Shown here piece after piece: positions 29,530-38,413 of a stretch of DNA of 64,000 nt (positions are counted from its first letter, which is position 1; every line of letters starts with the position of its first letter). The DNA comes from Candidatus Schekmanbacteria bacterium RIFCSPLOWO2_02_FULL_38_14. GTDB lineage: Bacteria; Schekmanbacteria; GWA2-38-11. The notes beneath the pieces are model-generated. The model was not told the DNA's origin. It saw only the letters and a program-made list of their open reading frames with translations, and did not search any database. The translations under genes were made by a program, and so were the position numbers. The DNA lies in the NCBI GenBank assembly GCA_001790855.1, contig MGDH01000016.1:2044-66043 (forward strand), read 5' to 3'.

Positions 29530-30524
29530 TGATTAATCTCCTCAATAAAATAATTTTTCTTGTTCAAATACTCGTTTTGATTATTCACAAACCAATCCCA
29601 CGTCTCTTTCAAACCATCTCGCAGTGGCGTTGTAGGGTTATAACCAATTAATTCTTGGGCAAGAGTAATATCCATAACCCTTTTACGATATCCAGTTGGC
29701 TTAGTAGCATCAAACTCATAATTAAAATCAATAAAACTCCTCAATGCCTCAACCAATTCCCTAATGGAATAGCCTTTTCCACTACCTAAGTTGACAAAGC
29801 TTGATTTAGTTTCATAGTGTATCGCCTGTATAATACCTTCTGCAACATCCCTGCTATAAACAAAATCCCTTATGGAACTGCCGTCTCCCCATATAATTAC
29901 AGGATTTTCTTTCTTGTAGATTCGGCACATGATGGAAGGAATCACCATAGCATTATCTGGATCAAAATTGTCGCCCGGTCCGTAAACATTTGAAGGTCTC
30001 ACAACTGCAAAATTGTTAAGATTATACTGTACTTTATAAGCATGGACTTGAAGTTCTGCCATTCTTTTTGCCCAACCAGCAAAATCCATCGGCATACTGT
30101 CCAATTTATAATTAGACTCTTTAAAAACATCTGTGCTTGCATATGCACCGATTGAACTTGTATAGACAACTCTGCCCACTTTATTAACTCTGCATGCCTC
30201 CAAAACATTCGTGTTCATCATAACTGTTGGCACAAAATGACTTGCCAACTTATTTTCAGAAACAGCGGCTGACCCTTTAATACCTGCAAGATGAAAAACA
30301 AAGTTCATGCCTTTTGTTGCATCTTTGCAAAATTCAAAACTCGTTAGATCACCCAACACATGTTGGGCTTTGTTATTTACTTTAACTTTATCAAGAGATA
30401 CTATTTTTACACATGCACCACAGTCACATAATATATTCACCACCTGCCTTCCAATCAAACCTGTTCCTCCTGTCACCAACACATTTTTACCAATAAAGCT
30501 TCCTAGTATTATATTGTCTATCAC
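29526..30524 (-). CDS. Extended SDR (epimerase/reductase, GDP-fucose-synthase-like), non-canonical active-site motif
   Basis: 332 aa. VLVTGGTGLIGRQV, TSSIGAY, RPSNVYGPGDNFD. Has FAGWAKR where YGWxK/YxxxK is expected. Confidence 0.75.
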   Translation of the reverse strand: MIDNIILGSFIGKNVLVTGGTGLIGRQVVNILCDCGACVKIVSLDKVKVNNKAQHVLGDLTSFEFCKDATKGMNFVFHLAGIKGSAAVSENKLASHFVPTVMMNTNVLEACRVNKVGRVVYTSSIGAYASTDVFKESNYKLDSMPMDFAGWAKRMAELQVHAYKVQYNLNNFAVVRPSNVYGPGDNFDPDNAMVIPSIMCRIYKKENPVIIWGDGSSIRDFVYSRDVAEGIIQAIHYETKSSFVNLGSGKGYSIRELVEALRSFIDFNYEFDATKPTGYRKRVMDITLAQELIGYNPTTPLRDGLKETWDWFVNNQNEYLNKKNYFIEEINQ

Positions 30525-30576
30525 CCCATTCCTCCCTCCTAAATTTGGTTAACCCACAACTGGCATACCCATTGAA

Positions 30577-31755
30577 CTACGCAATGTTTAACCTGCGAAA
30601 TCTATCTATACTAAGCCCACTATCATCTGTGTTGCAAATAATGCCAGCTGCTGTTATGCGTGACTTTGCGGCTTGTAATCGTTCACGCATTGTCAGTTCG
30701 GTGACCTTATTAGAAAGATTGTATGACTCCATTCCATGTGTTTCCATATAACAACTTGCCAGCACATATTTAGGCTTATGCTTCAGAATAAATTCAACAG
30801 TTTCATTAATATCGTCTTTAGTTTCTCCGGGAAATCCAATAATAATATGGGTATCAAATTCTACATAACAAATCTCGTTGAGAAGTCCAAAAATTTTGTC
30901 AAGATCACTTCTGCTATACGGCCTGTTCATCAATTTCAAAATTCGATCTGATGCTGATTGAATTGGCAGATTTAGATGACGAATATTTCCTTTTGCCAAA
31001 AAATTGCTAATTTCTTCATAAAACAAAACAAAGCCCTCGGGGTTAAAATTATTTAAAGCAATCTTCAATTTAGGGTTAATTTTCAGCAAATTGTGCATCA
31101 AAGATGGAAGATTTGTTCCAATATCGCAACCATAATCACCAAGGCTATCAGATATTAAAATGATTTCATAACAACCTGTTTTTTCAACCATGCGTCGACA
31201 AGCCTCAACTATCTCATTTTCAGGAAAACTACGATAAGGAGGAAACGCCAATTTCTCAGAACAATATGTACATTTATAGTTACATCCTTCAGATACTAAT
31301 ATTTTTATGAATTGATCATGGAATGTTACGTCCTTGTTCGGATTCTCCTTTCTAAATTTATCTACATCTTCACAAACATTTTCTTGAATGAATACAGAAC
31401 AAACATTATCGAAATTAACCACCCCGCGCCCAAAATATTCTTCCATTTTCTTTTTATCATCGCGCCAGTTAATAACGTATCCGCTAAATCCTTCTGCAAG
31501 TTCTTGTGGTACTATATCTGGCAAACAACCTGCTACTATCAATTTTGCATTATATTCATTTTGATATCGTTTAACTTCGGCTAATGAATTATCTTTATGA
31601 TCTCTTCTAAAACCACAAGTCCAAAGCAAAATAACTTCACTATCTTGGGGCTTGCCTACTATTTCATGACCATTTTTAACAAGAAAAGAACGATATTGTT
31701 CCAACTCCGCCTTGCGCGTAGCACAAGCACTAAGCCATTTAATAAATACTTTCAT
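30577..31755 (-). CDS. Methylthiotransferase-like radical SAM enzyme (UPF0004 N-domain + rSAM core, no TRAM domain)
   Basis: 392 aa. Three spaced N-domain Cys (LSACAT, LWTCGF, VAGCLP) as in MiaB/RimO N-domains, and rSAM CNYKCTYC. The protein ends about 60-70 aa earlier than TRAM-containing MTTases. Confidence 0.7.
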   Translation of the reverse strand: MKVFIKWLSACATRKAELEQYRSFLVKNGHEIVGKPQDSEVILLWTCGFRRDHKDNSLAEVKRYQNEYNAKLIVAGCLPDIVPQELAEGFSGYVINWRDDKKKMEEYFGRGVVNFDNVCSVFIQENVCEDVDKFRKENPNKDVTFHDQFIKILVSEGCNYKCTYCSEKLAFPPYRSFPENEIVEACRRMVEKTGCYEIILISDSLGDYGCDIGTNLPSLMHNLLKINPKLKIALNNFNPEGFVLFYEEISNFLAKGNIRHLNLPIQSASDRILKLMNRPYSRSDLDKIFGLLNEICYVEFDTHIIIGFPGETKDDINETVEFILKHKPKYVLASCYMETHGMESYNLSNKVTELTMRERLQAAKSRITAAGIICNTDDSGLSIDRFRRLNIA

Positions 31756-31819
31756 ATAAGATTATTAGTTACAAACCTTTGATACTATTTTTATAGTTGC
31801 ACCGGCATTATAAAGAAAC

Positions 31820-32332
31820 TTAAACTTCTATTATAAAATCAACATCGTTATTGGATTTATATTTATCAATAAACTTCTTTGCTAACAAATAAGTTTTGGA
31901 TGGATTAGTTCTATCGTCTTCCAATAAACAATTTAAAGAATTTTCAATTGTCTTTGATTGAATAGCAGCCATCGATAAAACCAAATCTCTAATGTGTCCA
32001 CTATCAGTCTTGTCAGTGTAATAACATTCAACAATCTCCAGCGCAAAATCATAAAAATATGTCAGAATTGCTGTAAGCAACAACACTTCTATATTCCTTT
32101 TAAAAAAGTTTCTATTTTTATTTGCTGGATCAAAAGGATCTTTAAAATACAATGCATCTGCAGCGGGTTCGAAACAGGCATAATGCATTAAAGAAGCGAC
32201 TGGAGAAATCAACGAATGCACACCTCCTAACGCACCAATATCAATAAATCCCAATGGGCATTCAGAAAAAGAAGCGTGAAGACTAGACTGCTTAAAATAA
32301 GGATTATTTACTATAGAATTCAATAGTAACAT
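31820..32332 (-). CDS. Hypothetical protein (N-terminus has an FkbM-methyltransferase-like GFIDIGALGG...FEP block)
   Basis: 170 aa ORF in the operon orientation. Only the first ~60 aa look methyltransferase-like, so it may be a degenerate fragment. Confidence 0.4.
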   Translation of the reverse strand: MLLLNSIVNNPYFKQSSLHASFSECPLGFIDIGALGGVHSLISPVASLMHYACFEPAADALYFKDPFDPANKNRNFFKRNIEVLLLTAILTYFYDFALEIVECYYTDKTDSGHIRDLVLSMAAIQSKTIENSLNCLLEDDRTNPSKTYLLAKKFIDKYKSNNDVDFIIEV

Positions 32333-32358
32333 AATCGTCTACTTCCAACATCTTAATT

Positions 32359-33318
32359 TTAGGAATGATAAAGTGCGCTTCTGTACCAATCAATCGTTTT
32401 TTTAAGTCCAACCCTAATAGGAGTCTCGGCCTTAAAACCAAGCATTTTCTCTATTTTTGAAGGGTCAATCAGTCTTTTAGGAATCATTGTTGGTTTTGAA
32501 GTATCATAAATAATTTCAGCATTCTTATATCCATCAATATCAATTATGATTTCGAGCAAATCTCTTAGAACATATTGATTACCGCTAGCGATGTTTATTA
32601 CATCAAAATTTTCAATTTTTTCCATTGCCAATAAAAGTCCATCAATATAATCATCAATATAAATAAAATCCTTAATATCACTTCCATCACCCCAAATTTT
32701 CATTGGATTCTGTCGCTCGACTACCCTTCTAATCAAAGCTGGAAGGACGTGAGAGGTTTCCTGATCAAAATTATCGAAAGGGCCATACAAATTAGCAGGT
32801 CTTATTATTAACGTCTGCATAGGTTTTTTTATTTTTGTCGAATACATTTCACACATTATTTCGCAAAAACGTTTCATCCAACCTGCTATAAAATATTTTT
32901 CAAAAAAATTATTTGAAGTGTCTTCTTCTTTAACAGGATAATCCGTTACTGGATAAACTGTATTACTACTAATGAAAGCAAATTTTTTTACCCCGGTTTC
33001 ATAAGCAGCTTCTAAAATTTGGGCATTCATTATAAGATTAGGAGTTAAAAGGAATAACGGCTTTTTTTCTATCATTGCAGCTCCAGCTGTAACAGCAGCA
33101 CAATGTATAACATAATCCATGTCTTTACAGACAATAGAACAATCTTCAGATCTTCTCAAATCAACCTTTATATATTCAATACGTTTATCTTTAATGACGA
33201 CGTCTTTTTTATACAGCGTAGCTCTGATATTTGCACCATGGTCAAGCAATCGTTTTATCAAATTCACGCCGGTAAATCCAGCCCCTCCAGTTACTAAAAT
33301 ATTTTTCTCTTTAAACAT
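32359..33318 (-). CDS. Extended SDR epimerase/dehydratase family protein, non-canonical active-site motif
   Basis: 319 aa. ILVTGGAGFTGVNL, ISSNTVY, RPANLYGPFDNFD. Has IAGWMKR in place of YGWxK. Confidence 0.78.
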   Translation of the reverse strand: MFKEKNILVTGGAGFTGVNLIKRLLDHGANIRATLYKKDVVIKDKRIEYIKVDLRRSEDCSIVCKDMDYVIHCAAVTAGAAMIEKKPLFLLTPNLIMNAQILEAAYETGVKKFAFISSNTVYPVTDYPVKEEDTSNNFFEKYFIAGWMKRFCEIMCEMYSTKIKKPMQTLIIRPANLYGPFDNFDQETSHVLPALIRRVVERQNPMKIWGDGSDIKDFIYIDDYIDGLLLAMEKIENFDVINIASGNQYVLRDLLEIIIDIDGYKNAEIIYDTSKPTMIPKRLIDPSKIEKMLGFKAETPIRVGLKKTIDWYRSALYHS

Positions 33319-33341
33319 AAAAACTCCTTATTAGTTGTGTA

Positions 33342-34889
33342 TCAGTTGTCAAATTCATAAAATACATCGACATTGTTGTAAATAATTTTCCCATATAAAC
33401 TTTTAAGACGCCTTCCTTGGATTGCGTATATCGCATCGATCGGGTATTTGAAAAATCGCTTCTTGACTCTCCATTTGGCGATTTTTTTGAGAATAAAATT
33501 ATCGAAAAAAATACTACAAAACAAATCGAGCGATTTGCCCCATAATGACGTATCTGTTGGTGCACTATTTAGAGTGCCGGAATAAGGGAAATAATAAAAA
33601 TAAAAATATTTTACCTGATTTCTATATGATTTTTTAAACCACGGGGCTTTAAATTTTCTCAAAGTATGATCAGACCACGCCTCAAGACTTTCGGGTTCTT
33701 TAAATCCATGTTTAATAGCCTCCCCATAAAGACTGGTGGAGGGATAAGGGGTATAATAAAAAAGTCGAAAATCGAAATCAGGATTAATCTCTCTGCACTT
33801 CAATATCATGTCCATGGTTTCGAAGACTTCAGATTCAGGTACTCCGTGGACACCAACCATTGAAGAGAAGGATGCCCTGATGCCAATTTTCTTCATCTTA
33901 TTTACAAATTCATACGTTTGTTCAACCGTTGCTTTTTTATTCAATCTTTCAAGAGTTAAATTTGATCCAGATTCAGCCCCGATGTATAGTTGTTTACAAC
34001 CTGATTTTTTTACCAACTTTAAGGTTTCATCATCATATTTTGCAAGAATAAGATTAACACTAACACCTGCGTCCCATGAAATTTTGTAGGGTCTTTTATT
34101 CAATTCCTCGCAAAATTGTACAACTCTTTTCCTTGAAACAAAGAAATTATCATCATCTATTGTTATTCCGGTAATCTTGTATTTCGATACCAAAAACTCG
34201 ATTTCTTCCAATATATTATCCATGTTTCTAAAGAAAATGTGCCTTTTGTAAACACTGGCAACTTCACAAAAAGCACAATTGTTAGGACAACCTAAACTCG
34301 TAATTATGCCTATCGATCTATCAGATCTATCAGCAAAAGGCTTTTTATAAATATATTTCTCAACATCAACAGCCTCAAAAGGCATTTTAACCTCTTCAAT
34401 TAAAGACAATAGTTCTCTGCAAGGATTGTGGTATATCTTTCCTTGCTTCTTGAAAGAGATTCCTTTTATGTTTGACAAATCTCTATCACAGGAAAGTGCA
34501 ACAGCCAGTTCTTTTAAAGTGACTTCTCCTTGTCCTCTGACTACAATATCTACAAACGGATGTCGAAGTGTTTGTTCGGGCATGCTGGTTGGATGCCACC
34601 CTCCCCAAACAATTGGAACTTCTGGATGGAATTCTTTTATTTTTTTTGAAATTTCAAGTCCTCCTTTTATTTGAACACCTGTAAATGAACTTATACCAAA
34701 GCATAATATGTTTTTTTTAAACTTCTTGATCGTTGCGTCTAAGTCAACTTCTGTTCTTTGATCAATTATTTTTACTTTGATATCAGCATTTTTAAGATAG
34801 CTATATAAAAACATTAAAGAATAAGGCAATCTCCCGCTCATGGTTGTTCCAGGCCATGGTCTGGGATAAAACAAAACTATTTCATTCAT
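33342..34889 (-). CDS. Cobalamin-binding-domain (class B) radical SAM enzyme
   Basis: 515 aa. N-terminal B12-type Rossmann region (LFYPRPW...PYSLMFLYSYLK, GISSFTG), rSAM CPNNCAFC. Confidence 0.82.
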   Translation of the reverse strand: MNEIVLFYPRPWPGTTMSGRLPYSLMFLYSYLKNADIKVKIIDQRTEVDLDATIKKFKKNILCFGISSFTGVQIKGGLEISKKIKEFHPEVPIVWGGWHPTSMPEQTLRHPFVDIVVRGQGEVTLKELAVALSCDRDLSNIKGISFKKQGKIYHNPCRELLSLIEEVKMPFEAVDVEKYIYKKPFADRSDRSIGIITSLGCPNNCAFCEVASVYKRHIFFRNMDNILEEIEFLVSKYKITGITIDDDNFFVSRKRVVQFCEELNKRPYKISWDAGVSVNLILAKYDDETLKLVKKSGCKQLYIGAESGSNLTLERLNKKATVEQTYEFVNKMKKIGIRASFSSMVGVHGVPESEVFETMDMILKCREINPDFDFRLFYYTPYPSTSLYGEAIKHGFKEPESLEAWSDHTLRKFKAPWFKKSYRNQVKYFYFYYFPYSGTLNSAPTDTSLWGKSLDLFCSIFFDNFILKKIAKWRVKKRFFKYPIDAIYAIQGRRLKSLYGKIIYNNVDVFYEFDN

Positions 34890-34997
34890 TATGTTATTGA
34901 CTCTTGCATAAATAATGCAATGACGGGTATCTAAAGGGATATCCGCTATATGTCCAAAAGGTTCTGCAAATTTGGTCGTGTACCACCTTGCCCCGCA

Positions 34998-35888
34998 TCA
35001 CCCAGATAACTCTATATGTTTTACAACTACATTTCTAATCCCCGCAGGATCCAGACCCACATGACGCCGAACCTCGTTCAATGTACCATACCAGCAACAG
35101 AAGTCGTCCGGCAGCAGGCCATGATAGGCCGTCTGAAGGTTGGGCACTTCGTTAACAGCCTCGTAGAGACCAAGCGCATCGTGCACTACAAGGATCTTCG
35201 TCTTAGAAAATTCAGTGAGGATCTCCTTGTCGATTGGTTTTATGGTGTGAAAATAAATAAGGTTCACATTCAAATCCTTGCATGCTTCAAGTACATTGAC
35301 CAAAATCGGACCCGCGGTCATCACCGTCACGTTTGAACAGGCTCTCTTTAGAACCACACCCTTGCCAAATTCCACGGAATAATCATTAATTAAGTGGGGA
35401 TGATCCGAAAGCCTTATGTAGGATGGCTTTCCTCTCCGGTATTGGCTCCGCAACAAAATATTAAGTTCTCTTGTCGAGCCGGGTTGAATAACTTCCATAC
35501 CAGGCAGGAGCCGCAAAATCGCCAAATCCGTATATGAGTGGTGGGATGCCCCGTCCCAAGCATAATCGAACGTCGCCCCACATGAAACAATATTGACACC
35601 GAAGCGGTTATAACACACATCCAGCTTTATCTGCTCATAGCTCCTCTCTGTTATAAATGGCGCTATTGTATGAACAAAAGGGAAAAAACCTTGCGAGCTC
35701 AAACCAGCAGAAACACTTATAAGCGTGTTCTCACAAATACCCATATTGTAAAATCTATCAGGATATCTGTCCTTAAAATCCTTGAAGAGATAAACACTCA
35801 CATCTCCTAGTATCAAAACCACTCTATCATCTTGCCTGGCCAAATCTAAAACTGTTTCTTTAAATTGTTTCCTCACACAGCTCTCCAA
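34998..35888 (-). CDS. Transketolase, C-terminal (pyrimidine-binding) subunit, copy 1
   Basis: 296 aa. NMGICENTLISVSAGLS and FVHTIAPFITERSYEQIKLD blocks. TTG start in the track (a GTG at 35876 is also possible). Markedly GC-rich relative to its neighbours. Confidence 0.83.
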   Translation of the reverse strand: MESCVRKQFKETVLDLARQDDRVVLILGDVSVYLFKDFKDRYPDRFYNMGICENTLISVSAGLSSQGFFPFVHTIAPFITERSYEQIKLDVCYNRFGVNIVSCGATFDYAWDGASHHSYTDLAILRLLPGMEVIQPGSTRELNILLRSQYRRGKPSYIRLSDHPHLINDYSVEFGKGVVLKRACSNVTVMTAGPILVNVLEACKDLNVNLIYFHTIKPIDKEILTEFSKTKILVVHDALGLYEAVNEVPNLQTAYHGLLPDDFCCWYGTLNEVRRHVGLDPAGIRNVVVKHIELSG

Positions 35889-36642
35889 TTAAATTTTCAA
35901 GCTCTTGATCATTTGGCGACCTTCTATGCCATTCATATTGATTCTCGATTAGCGTTCTGCAACCAAAACCCTTTTTAGTATCAGCAACAATAACTCTGAC
36001 CGTGTCGCTTTTCTTTGTTATTTCTTTTTTTAATTTGTCTATATCGTGACCGTTAACTTCAACAACTTCACAACCAAAACTTTTAAATCTTTCGGCAGGA
36101 TTGGTTATTTGCAGTCCCCTACTGTGAGACATGTTATTGTCATATATAATAGTAAGGTTATCGAGTTTCAGATGAGAGGCAACCATAACCGCCTCCCATA
36201 CAGATCCTTCATTAGATTCACCATCGCCGATAAGTACAAACACCTTCCTATTTTCACCTTTTATTCTAATTGCAAGCGCTATCCCAACAGCAATACCTAT
36301 TCCATGTCCCAAAGAACCTGTTGATGCCTCTATGCCTGGCACTTTAAGCCTATCTGCATGACATCCTAAATCCGACATGAAAGATCCGAAAGTCTCCACC
36401 CTCTTTTTATCAAAGTAACCGAATTCTGCCAAAACACAATAATGAGCAAGTGCCGCGTGCCCCTTGCTTAAAATAAATATATCTCTTTCTTTCCACGACG
36501 GATTTTTAGGATCGTGTTTTATCGTACTATAAATCGTATATAGTATCTCTATAATAGAGAAACAGGTAGGGATGTGCCCATGACCACTTAATTGAGCAAT
36601 TCTCAAAATATCTTTTCTGATTTTTTTACAAATAGGCTTCAT
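35860..36642 (-). CDS. Transketolase, N-terminal (ThDP-binding) subunit, copy 1
   Basis: 260 aa. GHIPTCFS, LSKGHAALA, ASTGSLGHG, GDGESNEGSVWEA (ThDP GDG...N motif). Confidence 0.88.
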   Translation of the reverse strand: MKPICKKIRKDILRIAQLSGHGHIPTCFSIIEILYTIYSTIKHDPKNPSWKERDIFILSKGHAALAHYCVLAEFGYFDKKRVETFGSFMSDLGCHADRLKVPGIEASTGSLGHGIGIAVGIALAIRIKGENRKVFVLIGDGESNEGSVWEAVMVASHLKLDNLTIIYDNNMSHSRGLQITNPAERFKSFGCEVVEVNGHDIDKLKKEITKKSDTVRVIVADTKKGFGCRTLIENQYEWHRRSPNDQELENLIGELCEETI

Positions 36643-37406
36643 TCTATTTTCAAGTACGATACTCTTGAAGTCATTGGAAGTCTTTGAATTCTCACGTTAT
36701 TTAATCCTAACACCTCTTTAAGTGCTATTGTCTCTCCAGGAAAGATATCATCACATAATTCATCAAACACAAGAATGCTCCCTTTGCACAAATAGGGTTT
36801 AATGGCTTCCAATGCAACTTTGGTAGGTGCATAGATATCAAAGTCCAGAACGGCCAAAGAAATGATAGTTTCCGGGTGTTTCTTAAAATATTCTGGTAGA
36901 GTTTCTCTAATATCTCCCTTTACAATTTCATATCTCTTTAAATGAGACATCGGGTTCAACTGTTCTTGCATGTATAAAACTTTACCGAGGTAATCTTCAT
37001 AACCATGCGCTACCGAAAAAGAACCGTCCTTACATTTGCAAAGTTCACCATCCTTTTCAGACATTCCTCTAAAACCCTCAAATGTATCAAAACCCACAAT
37101 TTTCCTATGCCTGTTAAATGGCTCGAACACCCCCCTCAAAGCAGACATGATTGATAATGTCTGACCCCATCTGACTCCAAATTCTACAACTATACCATGA
37201 GTATGGATAATCTTTTTATAAATTTCATAAAAGAATAGTATTCTTGACAGATTCTTAGATGTCAGAAACAATCCCAGGTTAGGCAACAGTTCATCATCAG
37301 GAAGCGGAGCAGACTTAAGTTGTTCTACAAACTGTTTTAAAACTGCCTTCTCATCCGAGTTGGATAAAATTATTGCATCGTGTTTTTCTGTTTTCATTTG
37401 TTCCAC
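36639..37406 (-). CDS. TylF/MycF-like sugar O-methyltransferase
   Basis: 255 aa. VEFGVRWGQT, FDTFEGF, LAVLDFDIYAPT and ILVFDE blocks are typical of macrocin-O-methyltransferase-like enzymes. Confidence 0.72.
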   Translation of the reverse strand: MEQMKTEKHDAIILSNSDEKAVLKQFVEQLKSAPLPDDELLPNLGLFLTSKNLSRILFFYEIYKKIIHTHGIVVEFGVRWGQTLSIMSALRGVFEPFNRHRKIVGFDTFEGFRGMSEKDGELCKCKDGSFSVAHGYEDYLGKVLYMQEQLNPMSHLKRYEIVKGDIRETLPEYFKKHPETIISLAVLDFDIYAPTKVALEAIKPYLCKGSILVFDELCDDIFPGETIALKEVLGLNNVRIQRLPMTSRVSYLKIE

Positions 37407-38413
37407 CTTCCTTTATTTTCAAACCACCATTCGGTGGTTTTCCTTATTCCCTCCTCGACAGTATTTTGTGCCTGCCAACCAAGAGTGTTTTTTATCTTTG
37501 TACAATCAAGCGCCCTGAAATTCATAGTTGTGGGTTTGTCTTGAATGTATTTTACTTCTTTTGGTGTATGTCCTGCATATTTCAAAGCCAGATTAACAAC
37601 CTCACCAACCGAGACTTTTACTCCAGAGCCAACATTGAAAACATCGAATTTAACATTACCATTGTCTAACATCATTACAATCGCTCTTGCAAAATCATCT
37701 GAATAAATAACATCCCTGATGACATCAGGACTTCCCCATACTTCGAAAGGGTCCATCTTATCAATGGCTTTACGAATAATTGCTGGAATAAAATTAGAGG
37801 TCTTCGGGTCAAATTTAGCATAAGGACCAAAAATATTTGCTACCCGGGCCACAACTATTTCCATACCATTTTGCTCATATAAAAATTTGCATAGTTTTTC
37901 GATAAACCTAACTACCCATCCAAATCCCAGATAAGCCTGATTGGGATCCTTGTTCAAATCAAGTTCATCCTCTTTTATACTCCCTTCGAACTCCTGATAT
38001 AAAGTTGCAGAACCAATATAAATTACCCGTTTAATATTTTCCAGCTGAAATGCTTCTATCATCTGTGTATTCATCAATAAATTTTCTTTAATATGCCTCC
38101 ACGGGAATGATCTTATTATGCCTGCCCCACCTGTATATGCGGCTGCCATAACTGCACAATCACATCCACTAGCCATCCTCTTGCAATCCTCTAGAGAAGT
38201 TAGATCACCATCCACATAATCCACACGCTCATTTTTAATAAAAGGTCTCGTATTCTTATAATATGAGGCACGGACTTTGGCTCCAGGATAATTATTAAGG
38301 ATATGCACCAAAATGCTGGTGCCCGCCATCCCAGTCGCACCTGCCAAAAAAATTAATTTCTCATTTAACGTAGATCTGTTTTTTTGCAATTTCACAAGAT
38401 TGCTATTTTTCAA
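37394..38413 (-). CDS. Extended SDR epimerase/reductase, non-canonical active-site motif
   Basis: 339 aa. FLAGATGMAGTSI, IGSATLY, ARVANIFGPYAKFD. Has FGWVVR in place of YGWxK. Confidence 0.75.
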   Translation of the reverse strand: MKNSNLVKLQKNRSTLNEKLIFLAGATGMAGTSILVHILNNYPGAKVRASYYKNTRPFIKNERVDYVDGDLTSLEDCKRMASGCDCAVMAAAYTGGAGIIRSFPWRHIKENLLMNTQMIEAFQLENIKRVIYIGSATLYQEFEGSIKEDELDLNKDPNQAYLGFGWVVRFIEKLCKFLYEQNGMEIVVARVANIFGPYAKFDPKTSNFIPAIIRKAIDKMDPFEVWGSPDVIRDVIYSDDFARAIVMMLDNGNVKFDVFNVGSGVKVSVGEVVNLALKYAGHTPKEVKYIQDKPTTMNFRALDCTKIKNTLGWQAQNTVEEGIRKTTEWWFENKGRWNK

